Below, piece after piece: positions 35,796 to 44,913 of a stretch of 58,483 nucleotides of DNA; position 1 is the first letter of the stretch; each line of letters opens with the position of its first letter. The stretch lies in assembly GCA_011388675.1 (NCBI GenBank), contig DROW01000204.1, positions 1-58,483 on the forward strand, in the 5' to 3' direction. The notes below the pieces were generated by a model that did not search any database, was not told where the DNA came from, and saw only the letters and a list, made by a program, of their open reading frames with translations. This stretch comes from Chloroflexota bacterium. GTDB lineage: Bacteria > Chloroflexota > Anaerolineae > B4-G1 > DUEL01. The position numbers were made by a program, and so were the translations under genes.

Positions 35796-36419
35796 ATGAC
35801 GCGAGGAGAGCAGACGCGCGAGCGCATTCTGGAGGCGGCGGAGGTGTGCTTCGCCCGCAACGGGTACGACGGCACGGGGGTGGCCGAGATCTGCCAGCGG
35901 GCCGGGGTGACCAAGGGGGGCTTCTACCACCACTTCCCCAGCAAGCAGGCCCTCTTCCTGGAACTCCTGGAACGGTGGCTGGAAACCCTCGACGAGCAAC
36001 TGGCCGGGCTCCGCGCCGAAGCGGGAAGCGTCCCGGAGACGCTCTCGATGATGGCCGGAATGGCCGGCCGCATCCTCGAAGAGGGGCGTGGTCGCCTGCC
36101 GATGTTCCTGGAGTTTTGGAGCCAGGCCGCCCGCGACCCCGCCATCTGGCGGCGCACCATCGCCCCCTACCGCCGCTACCGCGCCTTCTTCACCGGCCTG
36201 ATCGAATCGGGGATCGCCGAGGGCACCCTTCGGCCCGTGGATCCCGAGGCCGTGGCGGGCGTCCTGGTCTCCCTCGCCGTCGGCGTGATGATGCAGGGGC
36301 TGATGGACCCCCAGGGGGCCGATTGGGGAAAAGTAGTCGAGGAGGGGGTCCGGTTGATCCTCTCCGCGCTGGAGGATGAAAAGCGCAGAGACGCAGAGAA
36401 CGCAGAGATTTCTCCTTAA
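35796..36419 (+). CDS. TetR/AcrR-family transcriptional regulator
   Basis: RERILEAAEVCFARNGYDGTGVAEICQRAGVTKGGFYHHFPSKQALF (HTH). The last ~12 codons (KRRDAENAEISP) are encoded by the palindromic element. Confidence 0.85.
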   Translation: MTRGEQTRERILEAAEVCFARNGYDGTGVAEICQRAGVTKGGFYHHFPSKQALFLELLERWLETLDEQLAGLRAEAGSVPETLSMMAGMAGRILEEGRGRLPMFLEFWSQAARDPAIWRRTIAPYRRYRAFFTGLIESGIAEGTLRPVDPEAVAGVLVSLAVGVMMQGLMDPQGADWGKVVEEGVRLILSALEDEKRRDAENAEISP

Positions 36420-36453
36420 TCTTCCACTCTCTGTGTCCTCCGTGTCTCCGTGG
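36383..36453. repeat. palindromic intergenic element, copy 3
   Basis: GCGCAGAGACGCAGAGAACGCAGAG - atttctccttaatcttccact - CTCTGTGTCCTCCGTGTCTCCGTGG, followed by TAATAT. Confidence 0.85.
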
Positions 36454-36479
36454 TAATATTTGAGGAGGTTAGCAGGACG

Positions 36480-37499
36480 ATGAAAGTGTTGTTGACCGGC
36501 GCGTTTGGAAACGTGGGCACGAGCACGTTGGAGGCGTTGATGGAACGCGGGCACACCGTGCGCTGCTTCGACCTGGAGACGAAACCGAACCGAGAGGCCG
36601 CCAAGCGGCTGGCCCATCGGTACGGCGACCGGATCGAGTTCGCCTGGGGAGACCTGCGCCGCCCGGAGGACGTCGCCCGTGCAGTGAAGGGGCAAGACGT
36701 GGTGATCCACCTCGCCTTCATCATCCCCAAACTCTCCCGCACCGGCATCGAATCGGAGGAACAACCGGACCTCGCCCGCGAGGTCAACGTGGGGGGGACG
36801 ATGAACCTGCTCACGGCGATGAAGGCCCAGCCCCGTCCGCCCCGCATCATCTTCGCCTCTTCCTACCACGTCTTCGGTCGAACCCAGGACCAGCCCCCGC
36901 CCCGCCGGCCGTCCGATCCCGTCTCCCCCATCGAGCACTACTCCCTCCACAAGATCACCTGCGAGGAGATGGTGAAGGCCTCGGGGTTGGAGTGGGCCAT
37001 CCTGCGCCTCTCGGCGGTGTTCCCGCTCGACCTTCGACTCGACCCGGCGATGTTCGACGTGCCGCTGAACAACCGGATGGAGTTCGTCCACACGCGGGAC
37101 GTGGGAGTGGCGTTCGCCAACGCAGTGACCTGCGACGAGGTCTGGGGAAAGGTGCTCCTCATCGGCGGTGGACCCCGCTGCCAGTTGTATTACCGGGACA
37201 TCGTGCGGGGTATCCTGGAGGCGATGGGGATCGGTATGCTGCCGGAAGAGGCGTTCACCACCGTCCCCTTCCCCACCGACTGGGTGGATTCGACGGAAAG
37301 CCAGCGGCTCCTGCAGTATCAACAACGCGACTTCGACGACTACGTGCAGGAGATGGTCGATCTTTTGGGCTTCCGACGACACCTCATCCGCTGGTTCCGT
37401 CCCTTCGTCCGCCGCGCGCTCCTGCGGCGATCCCCCTACTGGAGGGCTCGACAGGCGAAGGGGGCATACCGGCTACGGGAGGCGGCAGGGCACGGGTAG
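36480..37499 (+). CDS. NAD(P)-dependent epimerase/dehydratase-family protein (atypical SDR)
   Basis: MKVLLTGAFGNVGTSTLEALMERGH and a YSLHK (YxxxK) motif. GAGGAGG RBS. The track start at 36450 lies within the repeat. Confidence 0.75.
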   Translation: MKVLLTGAFGNVGTSTLEALMERGHTVRCFDLETKPNREAAKRLAHRYGDRIEFAWGDLRRPEDVARAVKGQDVVIHLAFIIPKLSRTGIESEEQPDLAREVNVGGTMNLLTAMKAQPRPPRIIFASSYHVFGRTQDQPPPRRPSDPVSPIEHYSLHKITCEEMVKASGLEWAILRLSAVFPLDLRLDPAMFDVPLNNRMEFVHTRDVGVAFANAVTCDEVWGKVLLIGGGPRCQLYYRDIVRGILEAMGIGMLPEEAFTTVPFPTDWVDSTESQRLLQYQQRDFDDYVQEMVDLLGFRRHLIRWFRPFVRRALLRRSPYWRARQAKGAYRLREAAGHG

Positions 37500-37611
37500 C
37501 CCCTTGAGGTAAGAGCGAACTGCCGTCCGACCCCGGACACCTCACACTTGCGCCCCCCGAAAAAGCACATAAAATGCTCCCGGCACATCGCAGTTTTCGA
37601 CGGGAGTTCCT

Positions 37612-39300
37612 ATGAGCCATTGCCCCAGTTGTGGACGATACGTCGGCCCCTACGAAGCCTGTCCCCACTGTGGCGCGTCCATTGGGGATCGGCTCCCCAT
37701 CCGAACGGCAAAGGCCGCCGCCATCCTGCTGGCAGCCTTGGGGCTCGCCGCCCTCTGGTTCGTCGCCGTTCGCTCCCCCATCCCCACGGTCCAGGCCGGC
37801 CAGGTCGGTGCAACGATGAACTTCGCCTACGTGCGGATCGAGGGCCAGGTAGTCCGTGGCCCCTTCTACTATCCCGACTCCGGCTACCTCTCGTTCACCC
37901 TGGCCGACGACACCGGCGAGGTGCGCGTCGCTGCCTACCGGACCACGGCGGAGGCCCTCCGCGCTGAAGGGCGGGTCCCCGCCTTCGGCGACCACGTCTC
38001 CGTGGCTGGCACCCTGCGCGTTCAGGGGGAGAGCACCTCCCTCACCATCAACGTCCCGGAGCACGTGGAGACCTTCCGCCCGGAGGCGGAGCCGCGCGCC
38101 CTCGGCTCCCTCACCCCGGACGACTACCTCCGCCGGGTCCGAGTGCGGGGCCAGGTCTGGTCGGTCCGCCAGCCCTCCGCGGGCCTGACCCTTATCACCC
38201 TCCGCGATACCAGCGGTGCGGCGGAGATCGCCGTCCCCCGGAGCCTCGAACTCCTCACCGGCGAACTCCTCCCCCTGGAGCCAGGGCAGTCGGTGGAGGT
38301 GGTGGGGACGGTGGACCTGTATCGGGACACCCCCCAGATCGTCCCGGCGTCGGTGATGGACGTGGTCCTCCTGCCGGAGGAGGTGCCGGTGGCGGAGCCG
38401 GTGCAGGTCGGGATGCTGACCGATGCGGACGTGGGCCGGATGGTGGAGATCTCCGGCACCGTCACCTGGGCCGGCCCCTTCTCGGCGGGCTTCAAGTTCG
38501 GCCTGGACGACGGCAGCGGGGAGGTGACGGTGCTCCTGTGGCAAGACACCTACGAGGGTCTCTCCGATCCCGCCGCGCTGGCGGCTGGTGCGCAGGTTCG
38601 GGTGACGGGAGAGGTCTCTATCTACCGGGGGAAGATCGAGGTGGTCCCATCCCGCGCGATGGATGTGGAGGTGCTGACACCGGGATCCGGGGGGACAACA
38701 GAGTCCACCGCGCCGGAGGTCCCGCTCTCCGCCCTGACCCCCGACCGGATCGGGGAGACGGTGGCGGTGCGAGGGACGGTGGTGGACACGGCCTCCTTCT
38801 CCGGCGGCTTCAAGTTCACGCTGGACGACGGGGCCGGGCAGGTGGTGCTTCTCCTGTGGCTTGCCACCTACGACGACCTGGCCGACCCGGCCGGACTGAA
38901 CCTCTCCGCGCAGGTACGGGCCACCGGCCGCTTGGAGGCGTACGAGGGGACGTTGCAGGTCGTCCCGGCCTCCGGCGCAGACGTGGAGGTGCTCGCCCCA
39001 GGCCGGGCACAGGCCCCCCTGCGGGGGACCGGCTCCCTCGCCGCCGACGACGCAGGAACGCGGGTGGCGGTGGAGGGGGCGATCACCCGCGTCGAGCCCT
39101 TCTCCGGCGGCCGACGGGTCTGGATCGACGACGGCACCGGCGAGGTACTGGTCCTGCTGTGGGACAACGTCCATCAGCGGGTCCCCGGGAGAGACCAGAT
39201 GGTCCCCGGCGCGTGGGTGCAGGTGATAGGCATCGTAGAGGAGTACCGGGGGACGCTGGAAGTGGTGCCGGTGCTGCCGCAGGACGTGGAAGTGAGGTAA
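37612..39300 (+). CDS. zinc-ribbon / single-TM protein with five tandem OB-fold-like repeats
   Basis: N-terminus MSHCPSCGRYVGPYEACPHCG and TM AAAILLAALGLAALWFVAV. Then five ~95-aa repeats follow the pattern V.V.G.V...FSGGFKF.LDDG.G.V.VLLW....L......G..V.V.G.V..Y.G.L.VVP....DVEVL. Confidence 0.7.
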   Translation: MSHCPSCGRYVGPYEACPHCGASIGDRLPIRTAKAAAILLAALGLAALWFVAVRSPIPTVQAGQVGATMNFAYVRIEGQVVRGPFYYPDSGYLSFTLADDTGEVRVAAYRTTAEALRAEGRVPAFGDHVSVAGTLRVQGESTSLTINVPEHVETFRPEAEPRALGSLTPDDYLRRVRVRGQVWSVRQPSAGLTLITLRDTSGAAEIAVPRSLELLTGELLPLEPGQSVEVVGTVDLYRDTPQIVPASVMDVVLLPEEVPVAEPVQVGMLTDADVGRMVEISGTVTWAGPFSAGFKFGLDDGSGEVTVLLWQDTYEGLSDPAALAAGAQVRVTGEVSIYRGKIEVVPSRAMDVEVLTPGSGGTTESTAPEVPLSALTPDRIGETVAVRGTVVDTASFSGGFKFTLDDGAGQVVLLLWLATYDDLADPAGLNLSAQVRATGRLEAYEGTLQVVPASGADVEVLAPGRAQAPLRGTGSLAADDAGTRVAVEGAITRVEPFSGGRRVWIDDGTGEVLVLLWDNVHQRVPGRDQMVPGAWVQVIGIVEEYRGTLEVVPVLPQDVEVR

Positions 39301-39302
39301 AG

Positions 39303-40685
39303 ATGAGCACCGCCGATTTCATCACCGGTCTCCTCTTCGCCGTGGGAGGGGCGCTGATCGCCTCGGCCCTCTCCCTCGTCCCCGCCCTGCACATCTACAA
39401 CATCGCCGGGTTCCTCATCCTGGGCACGGCAGCCCTGGGGCCGTTCCTTCCCCCCGAACACCTGGCGATGCTGTTCCTCGGAATGGTCACCTCCTACTCC
39501 ATCCTCAACACCATCCCCAGCATCTTCCTCTCCGTCCCGGACGACTCCACCGTCTTCGTGGTCCTCCCAGGCCAGAAGTACCTGATGCAGCGGCGGGGGT
39601 ACGAGGCGGCGGTCCTCACCGGCGTCGGTGGACTGGGCGGAGTCGCCGCCCTCGCTCTCCTGACCCCCATCGCGCCTCGCCTCTTCCCCGCCCTGCGGGC
39701 CATCCTCCAGCGGCACATCCATTGGCTCCTCTGGACCGTCATCGCCTATATGCTCCTATCGGAGTGGCCCAAAGGGACCGATCGGCAGCCGCCCGGGTGG
39801 CGACGGTGGTGGGACGGCTGGAAGAGCCTGACGGCGGGGTTGGTGACCTTTTTCCTCTCCGGACTCCTGGGCTTCGTCCTGATGTACCGGTCGATCCTCC
39901 CCCCGGCCTCCGCCTACCAGAACCTCCTTCCCGCCTTCGTGGGTCTGTTCGCCGTCCCCTGGGTGCTGCAGAACCTGCTGGCACGGGTGGAACTGCCGGA
40001 GCAGCACGTCGCCCGAAGCATAGACATCACCCCCTGGCTGGTGCTGCGGGGGACCGTCGCCGGGGCGCTGGGGGGTCTCTTCGCCGCCTTCTTCCCGGTG
40101 GTGACCGGCGGGATCGGCGGTTTCATCGCCGGGCACGCCACCGCCCAGCGGGACGACCGGCTGTTCATCGTCTCCCAGGGGGTCTCCAAAGTGGTCTACT
40201 ACGTCGGCGGCTTCCTGCTCTTCTTCGTACCGGGTCTCCACCTCACACGGGGTGGAATGGCCTGGATGGTGAGCACCCTCTGGCGGCCCCACACCCCCCA
40301 CGACTACTACCTGGCCGTCGCCGCGGTGGTGGCGACGGGCGCGCTTTCGTTCTTCCTCCTGCTACGGCTGACCCGGCTGGCGATCCGGCTGGTGGCGCGG
40401 GTCCACTACCGGCGGATCAGCCTGGCGACGCTGGTGTTGCTGTTGCTCATCGTGGCAGCGGTCCCGACGGCGGGGGAATGGATCGGCGGGGGGACGCCGG
40501 CCTCTGCCCTTCGCGCCGGGCTGGATGGGCTGCTCATCTGCGGCGTCGCCACCGGCATCGGCCTCATCCCCGTGCTCTGGGGGTCACGCCGGATGAACTG
40601 TATGGGGGTCCTCCTCCTCCCCATCGGCCTCAATATGATCGGCGCGGGGGCGACAGTGGCCGGCTGGCTGGGGTTGATCCCGTAG
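39303..40685 (+). CDS. TctA-family (DUF112) polytopic membrane protein
   Basis: About 11-12 TM segments. SVPDDSTVFVVLPGQKYLMQRRGYEAAVLTGVGGLGG and FFPVVTGGIGGFIAGHATAQRDD resemble the duplicated TctA motifs. The ATG is 2 nt after the upstream TAA. Confidence 0.55.
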   Translation: MSTADFITGLLFAVGGALIASALSLVPALHIYNIAGFLILGTAALGPFLPPEHLAMLFLGMVTSYSILNTIPSIFLSVPDDSTVFVVLPGQKYLMQRRGYEAAVLTGVGGLGGVAALALLTPIAPRLFPALRAILQRHIHWLLWTVIAYMLLSEWPKGTDRQPPGWRRWWDGWKSLTAGLVTFFLSGLLGFVLMYRSILPPASAYQNLLPAFVGLFAVPWVLQNLLARVELPEQHVARSIDITPWLVLRGTVAGALGGLFAAFFPVVTGGIGGFIAGHATAQRDDRLFIVSQGVSKVVYYVGGFLLFFVPGLHLTRGGMAWMVSTLWRPHTPHDYYLAVAAVVATGALSFFLLLRLTRLAIRLVARVHYRRISLATLVLLLLIVAAVPTAGEWIGGGTPASALRAGLDGLLICGVATGIGLIPVLWGSRRMNCMGVLLLPIGLNMIGAGATVAGWLGLIP

Positions 40686-40691
40686 GGTGAA

Positions 40692-40763
40692 TCACAGAGA
40701 CACAGAGGACACAGAGATTTCTCCATAAACTTTGAGACCTCTGTGCCCTCTGCGCCTCTGTGG
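40692..40763. repeat. palindromic intergenic element, copy 4
   Basis: TCACAGAGACACAGAGGACACAGAG - atttctccataaactttgagac - CTCTGTGCCCTCTGCGCCTCTGTGG, followed by TAAAAT. Confidence 0.85.
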
Positions 40764-40780
40764 TAAAATCGAAGAGGTCT

Positions 40781-41914
40781 ATGAAAGAACATCGCTTCGT
40801 GACCACGGTACGAGGACATCGGCTGGCGGTAGTGGGGCGGCCGGGGGTGTGGTCGTGGGACCGGCTGAACCCCGGTACGGCCGCGCTCCTGGAGACGGCA
40901 GTGCTGGAGCCGGAGGACCGGGTGCTGGACCTGGGTTGCGGGACCGGCGTCATCGGGGCAGCCGTGGCGACGGAAGTGCGCGAGGTCGTGCTCGTCGACT
41001 GCAACGTAGCGGCGGTCGAGTGCGCCCGCCGGACCCTCCGGGCCAACCGAATCTCCAATGCCACGGTCCACCTGTCCGATGGTTGCGCCGACCTGGAACC
41101 GGCATCCTTTGACGTCGTCCTCTGCCACCTGCCGCGCGAGCGGGCGGTCCAGGAGGAACTCCTCCGCGGCGCGGCGGCGGTCCTCCGCCCCGGCGGCACC
41201 CTCTACCTGGTCGCCCACCGGGACGCGGGGGTCCGCACCGCCATTCGCACCGCCCAGGCGATCTTCGGCCGCTGCGGGGTGATCCGCCGCAAGAAGGGGT
41301 ACCACGTGGCGATGGCGGTCCGTCCACCCGACCGGGAGTACAACCTCCCTGCGCCGACCTACGCGGCCCGCGCCGTCGTCGTGGACGGGGTGGAGACGAC
41401 GGTGGTGGGCAAGCCGGGAGTCTTCGCCTGGGACCGGCTGGACGCGGGGACGGCGGCCCTCATCGGGGCGATGGAGATCGGCCCGGCGGACCAGGTACTG
41501 GATCTGGGATGCGGGACCGGGCTGGTGGGCGTGGCGGCGGCGCGCCGCGCGCCGGATGGTCGCGTGGTGCTGGTGGACGCCGACCTGCGGGCGGTGGAGG
41601 CGGCCCGGCGAACGCTGGAGGCCAACGGGATCGCCAACGCCGAGGTTCATCTCTCCGACTGCGGCGAGGACCTCCCCCCGGCCTCCTTCGACGTGGTGGC
41701 GACCAACCCACCCTTCCACGTGGACGTGGAGGTGGATCGGGCGATCGCCCACCGGTTCATCGAGGCGGCGCAGCGGCTTCTCCGCGCCGGTGGGCGACTC
41801 TACCTGGTCGCCAACCGGTTCCTCCCTTACGAGCCGTGGCTACAGGAAGCCTTCCCCCACGTGGAAGTGACCTGGGAGGACAAGCGGTATCGCGTCTGGC
41901 GCTGCACCCGCTGA
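40781..41914 (+). CDS. RsmC/RsmD-like 16S rRNA (guanine-N2) methyltransferase with duplicated MTase fold
   Basis: There are two halves, each with VLDLGCGTG(V/L)(I/V)G. Only the C-terminal half has the catalytic VATNPPFH. The track start at 40760 lies in the repeat. Confidence 0.7.
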   Translation: MKEHRFVTTVRGHRLAVVGRPGVWSWDRLNPGTAALLETAVLEPEDRVLDLGCGTGVIGAAVATEVREVVLVDCNVAAVECARRTLRANRISNATVHLSDGCADLEPASFDVVLCHLPRERAVQEELLRGAAAVLRPGGTLYLVAHRDAGVRTAIRTAQAIFGRCGVIRRKKGYHVAMAVRPPDREYNLPAPTYAARAVVVDGVETTVVGKPGVFAWDRLDAGTAALIGAMEIGPADQVLDLGCGTGLVGVAAARRAPDGRVVLVDADLRAVEAARRTLEANGIANAEVHLSDCGEDLPPASFDVVATNPPFHVDVEVDRAIAHRFIEAAQRLLRAGGRLYLVANRFLPYEPWLQEAFPHVEVTWEDKRYRVWRCTR

Positions 41915-41926
41915 TTTGTCGACTCG

Positions 41927-42799
41927 CTACTTCACCGCTTTCGCTATCGCCGCGATGTGCTCCGGTGTAGAGCCACAGCAGGCTCCCACGATCCGCACAT
42001 CCAGTTCATCCACCAGGCGGCGGGCGTACTCCGCCATCTGCTCCGGCGTGGCGTCGTACACCACCTGCCCCTTCTCCATCCGGGGCATCCCGGCGTTCGG
42101 CTTGACGATGAGGGGGGTTTCCGGCGCGACCTCCCGCATCTTCCGCGCCGCCTCCTCCGTCATCTCCAGGCTTCGTCCGCAGTTGGCCCCCAGCCCGTCC
42201 ACGCCCAACTCCAGAAGCGTCTGCGCCGCCTGCTCGGGGCGGACCCCCATACTGGTGCGGCCCTTCGTGTCGAAGGAGAGGGTCGCCGTGAGGGGCAGGT
42301 CCGGCGCGACACGGCGGCACGCCTCCACTGCTGCACGCACCTCCTCCAGAGCGGACATCGTCTCGATGTAGAGCACGTCGACACCGGCCTCGGCCAGCGC
42401 GGCCGCCTGCTCGGCGAAGATCTCCACCGCCTCCTCGTAGGTCCGTTTCCCCAGGGGGGCCAGCAACTCCCCCAGCGGGCCGATGTCGCCAGCGACGAAG
42501 GCCCGGTCGCCAGCGACTTTCCGGGCGATCTCCACCGCCCTGCGGTTGATCTCGGGCACGCGGTCAGCCAGGCCGGCGTGGGCAAGCCGCGCCCGCGTCC
42601 CGCCGAAGGTGCAGGTGAGGATCAACTCCGCCCCGGCGTCGATGTACGCCTGGTGCACCTCAGCGATCCGTTCCGGCTGCTCCAGCACCCAGGCTTCGCC
42701 GGGCATCCCGGGGGGCAAGCCCTTCTGCTGCAACATCGTTCCCATTGCTCCGTCGGCCACCAGAACCGGACCGGACTTCAAACGAGCCAGAAAATCCAT
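41927..42799 (-). CDS. homocysteine S-methyltransferase domain protein
   Basis: ADGAMGTMLQ..., GLGANCG and IVGACCGSTPEHI (Zn-binding Cys triad). ATG 42799; the track ORF to 42982 is rejected. Confidence 0.8.
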   Translation of the reverse strand: MDFLARLKSGPVLVADGAMGTMLQQKGLPPGMPGEAWVLEQPERIAEVHQAYIDAGAELILTCTFGGTRARLAHAGLADRVPEINRRAVEIARKVAGDRAFVAGDIGPLGELLAPLGKRTYEEAVEIFAEQAAALAEAGVDVLYIETMSALEEVRAAVEACRRVAPDLPLTATLSFDTKGRTSMGVRPEQAAQTLLELGVDGLGANCGRSLEMTEEAARKMREVAPETPLIVKPNAGMPRMEKGQVVYDATPEQMAEYARRLVDELDVRIVGACCGSTPEHIAAIAKAVK

Positions 42800-42996
42800 C
42801 GTTCCTCCCTCGTATCCAGGACTCACTGCCTCGGTCGGACGGACTTTATGGTAACACCAAAGTCCGCCCCTGTCCAGCACACCCAGCCGGGTCGCCAGGG
42901 CTGTCGCGTTCCTGCAGGAACGACTGTTGGGCCCCCCTTCCCTACCCTTCCCCCGTAAGCAGGAGGAAAGGGAGAGGTGCAAAGGACGAACGCGAT

Positions 42997-43025
42997 TTGA
43001 CTTTCACCAAACGCCGTGATACAAT
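42997..43025 (+). promoter_or_regulatory. near-consensus sigma70 promoter TTGACT-17-TACAAT
   Basis: GATTTGACTTTCACCAAACGCCGTGATACAATATC, ~220 nt upstream of rpsA. Confidence 0.6.
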
Positions 43026-43159
43026 ATCAGCCAGACATTATTCTTAGGTCCGCCCCGTGATAGACGGTACGCCGAGTCGGAATCTGTGCCGGTCCTTCAT
43101 TGGAGGAGGCGCAACGAGAGGATTCGACAGGTTGCCGATGCTGGGCAAAAGCCCAAAGA

Positions 43160-43210
43160 CCCGGCATCGTCTGCGCGGCGGCATACAGCGTCGGCGATGA
43201 CGGGTTTTTT
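43160..43210 (+). terminator. terminator-like hairpin + U6 inside the rpsA leader (attenuator or sRNA end)
   Basis: CCCGGCATCGTC...GGCGATGACGGG forms a 12-bp stem with 1 mismatch and 1 GU, followed by TTTTTT at 43205-43210. Confidence 0.45.
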
Positions 43211-43246
43211 CTTGTGGGGCAGGACCCGATGGGAGAGGTCATAGGT

Positions 43247-44629
43247 ATGGAGAAAGAGCCGACCCACGAAGGTCAGGAACAGACCGAGCCGGTAACAGAT
43301 ATGGAAACCCTTCTGGAGGAGCATTTCGACTATGCCCCTCCCCGGCCGGGAGATATCTGCACGGGGACAGTCCTCAAGATCGACGAACAGGGCGCCCTGA
43401 TAGACATCGGCTACAAGCGAGAGGGCTTCGTCTCGCGGGAGGACCTGGACCGGATGCGCCGTGCCCAGATGGAGCCGGTGCGTGAAGGCGATCAGGTACC
43501 GGTACTGGTCCTCCGCACGAAAGAGGGCAACGAATACGTTCCCCTTTCCATCTACAAGGCCCGCCTGGCCGAAGACTGGCTGCGGGCCGAGGAGATGCTG
43601 GAGAAGCGGGAGATCTACGAGACGGAGGTCGTCGGGTACAATCGGGGCGGGCTGATCGTCCATTTCGGGCGCATCCGGGGGTTCGTCCCCATCTCCCACA
43701 TCGTCGGCCTGCCCCGCCGCCTTTCCGAAGCCGAACGGAAAGAACGCCTGCGCGAGATGGTGGGCCAGACCATCGGCCTGCGGGTCATCGAGGTGGACCG
43801 CCGCCGTCGTCGCCTGATCTTCTCCCAGCGGCAGGCGTACAGAACGTGGCAGCGGATGCGGAAGCAACGGCTGCTGGAGGAACTCCAGGTCGGTGAACGA
43901 CGTCGGGGGGTGATCTCCAGCATCGTCGATTTCGGCGTCTTCGTCGACCTGGGAGGCGCGGACGGCCTGGTCCACATCTCGGAACTCTCGTGGGGGCGCG
44001 TCGATGACCCGCGCGAGGTAGTGCAGGTCGGCGACGAGGTCGAGGTCGTCGTGCTGGACGTGGACCGCCAGCAGGGGCGGATCGCGCTCAGCATCAAGAA
44101 AACCCAGGAAGACCCCTGGGAAACGGTCGACCAGCGGTATCACGAGGGACAACTGGTCGAAGGGACGGTTACCCAGGTCTCCAGCCTCGGCGCGTTCGTG
44201 GAACTGGAGCCTGGAGTGGAGGGGCTGCTGCACGCCAGCGAGTTGGTCGGGGCCCCGGCCGTCGTGCCGGAAGAGGTGCTGCAGCCGGGGGATCGGGTGC
44301 TGGTGAAGGTCATCCGGGTTGAGAAGCATCGCCGCCGCATCGGCCTCAGCGCTCGGCGGGTTCGTCGAGAGGAATGGGAAGCGTGGGCAGCCGAACAGGC
44401 CGCACGCCTTGAAGAAGAGGCCGCCGAAGTCGAACCCGGAGAGGCGGCAGCCGAACCGGCCGCCCCCACCGCAGCACCCCCGGAGGCGACCGAGGAGCCG
44501 ACCGTAGGCGACGAAACACCTGCGGAACCGGAGCCCGCCCCCGAGGACGAATCCCCCTCTGGAACGCCAGAGGAAGCAGCCGACGAGGCCCAAGACGTCA
44601 CCGACCAGGAAACCGACCAAGAAGGGTAG
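43247..44629 (+). CDS. rpsA: 30S ribosomal protein S1
   Basis: Four S1/OB repeats ([21 protein letters not shown].., [17 protein letters not shown].., [26 protein letters not shown].., [27 protein letters not shown]) and an acidic tail. An alternative ATG is at 43229. The TTG 43100 extension is rejected. Confidence 0.9.
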   Translation: MEKEPTHEGQEQTEPVTDMETLLEEHFDYAPPRPGDICTGTVLKIDEQGALIDIGYKREGFVSREDLDRMRRAQMEPVREGDQVPVLVLRTKEGNEYVPLSIYKARLAEDWLRAEEMLEKREIYETEVVGYNRGGLIVHFGRIRGFVPISHIVGLPRRLSEAERKERLREMVGQTIGLRVIEVDRRRRRLIFSQRQAYRTWQRMRKQRLLEELQVGERRRGVISSIVDFGVFVDLGGADGLVHISELSWGRVDDPREVVQVGDEVEVVVLDVDRQQGRIALSIKKTQEDPWETVDQRYHEGQLVEGTVTQVSSLGAFVELEPGVEGLLHASELVGAPAVVPEEVLQPGDRVLVKVIRVEKHRRRIGLSARRVRREEWEAWAAEQAARLEEEAAEVEPGEAAAEPAAPTAAPPEATEEPTVGDETPAEPEPAPEDESPSGTPEEAADEAQDVTDQETDQEG

Positions 44630-44637
44630 TGAGTCCG

Positions 44638-44880
44638 ATGGGTGGTAAAGAAGGGAAGATCGAGGTCGAGGGGACGGTCATCGAAGCCCTGCCCGGGACA
44701 CAGTTCCGAGTGAAACTGGACACCGGGCACGAGGTGCTGGCCTACCTCTCCGGCAGGATGAGAAAATACTACATCCGCATCCTGCTGGGAGACCGGGTGA
44801 AGGTAGAACTTTCCCCCTACGATCCCACCCGAGGGCGCATCGTCTACCGCTACAAACGGACGATGGCGGAGCCGGAGTGA
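44638..44880 (+). CDS. infA: translation initiation factor IF-1
   Basis: [68 protein letters not shown]. Confidence 0.9.
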   Translation: MGGKEGKIEVEGTVIEALPGTQFRVKLDTGHEVLAYLSGRMRKYYIRILLGDRVKVELSPYDPTRGRIVYRYKRTMAEPE

Positions 44881-44913
44881 GCGTGATCGCCATCGCGATG
44901 AGCAAGAGGAACG

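Noticed and set aside
35751-39174. Long minus-strand ORFs 35751..37382 (543 aa) and 37384..39174 (596 aa)
   Set aside because: They are antisense to tetR, the SDR gene and the OB-repeat gene. Their composition is skewed (G/R/P/H/D/E) and no motifs are present. The plus-strand frames carry an HTH, a Rossmann fold and a five-fold repeat.
42800-42990. SAM, SAH or cobalamin riboswitch in the ~190-nt region upstream of the homocysteine methyltransferase gene (minus strand)
   Set aside because: Hairpins are present, including GTTCCTGCAGGAAC, GGACTTT-n11-AAAGTCC and a Y-tract/R-tract stem. I could not find the conserved cores of SAM-I/II, SAH or B12 elements by eye. An Infernal/Rfam scan of complement(42800..43000) would settle it.
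43100-43246. N-terminal extension of rpsA from TTG 43100 (MEEAQREDSTGCRCWAK...)
   Set aside because: The extension is Cys/Trp/Arg-rich and unlike S1. It spans the terminator-like hairpin and U6 tract. A GGAGAGG RBS precedes ATG 43247.
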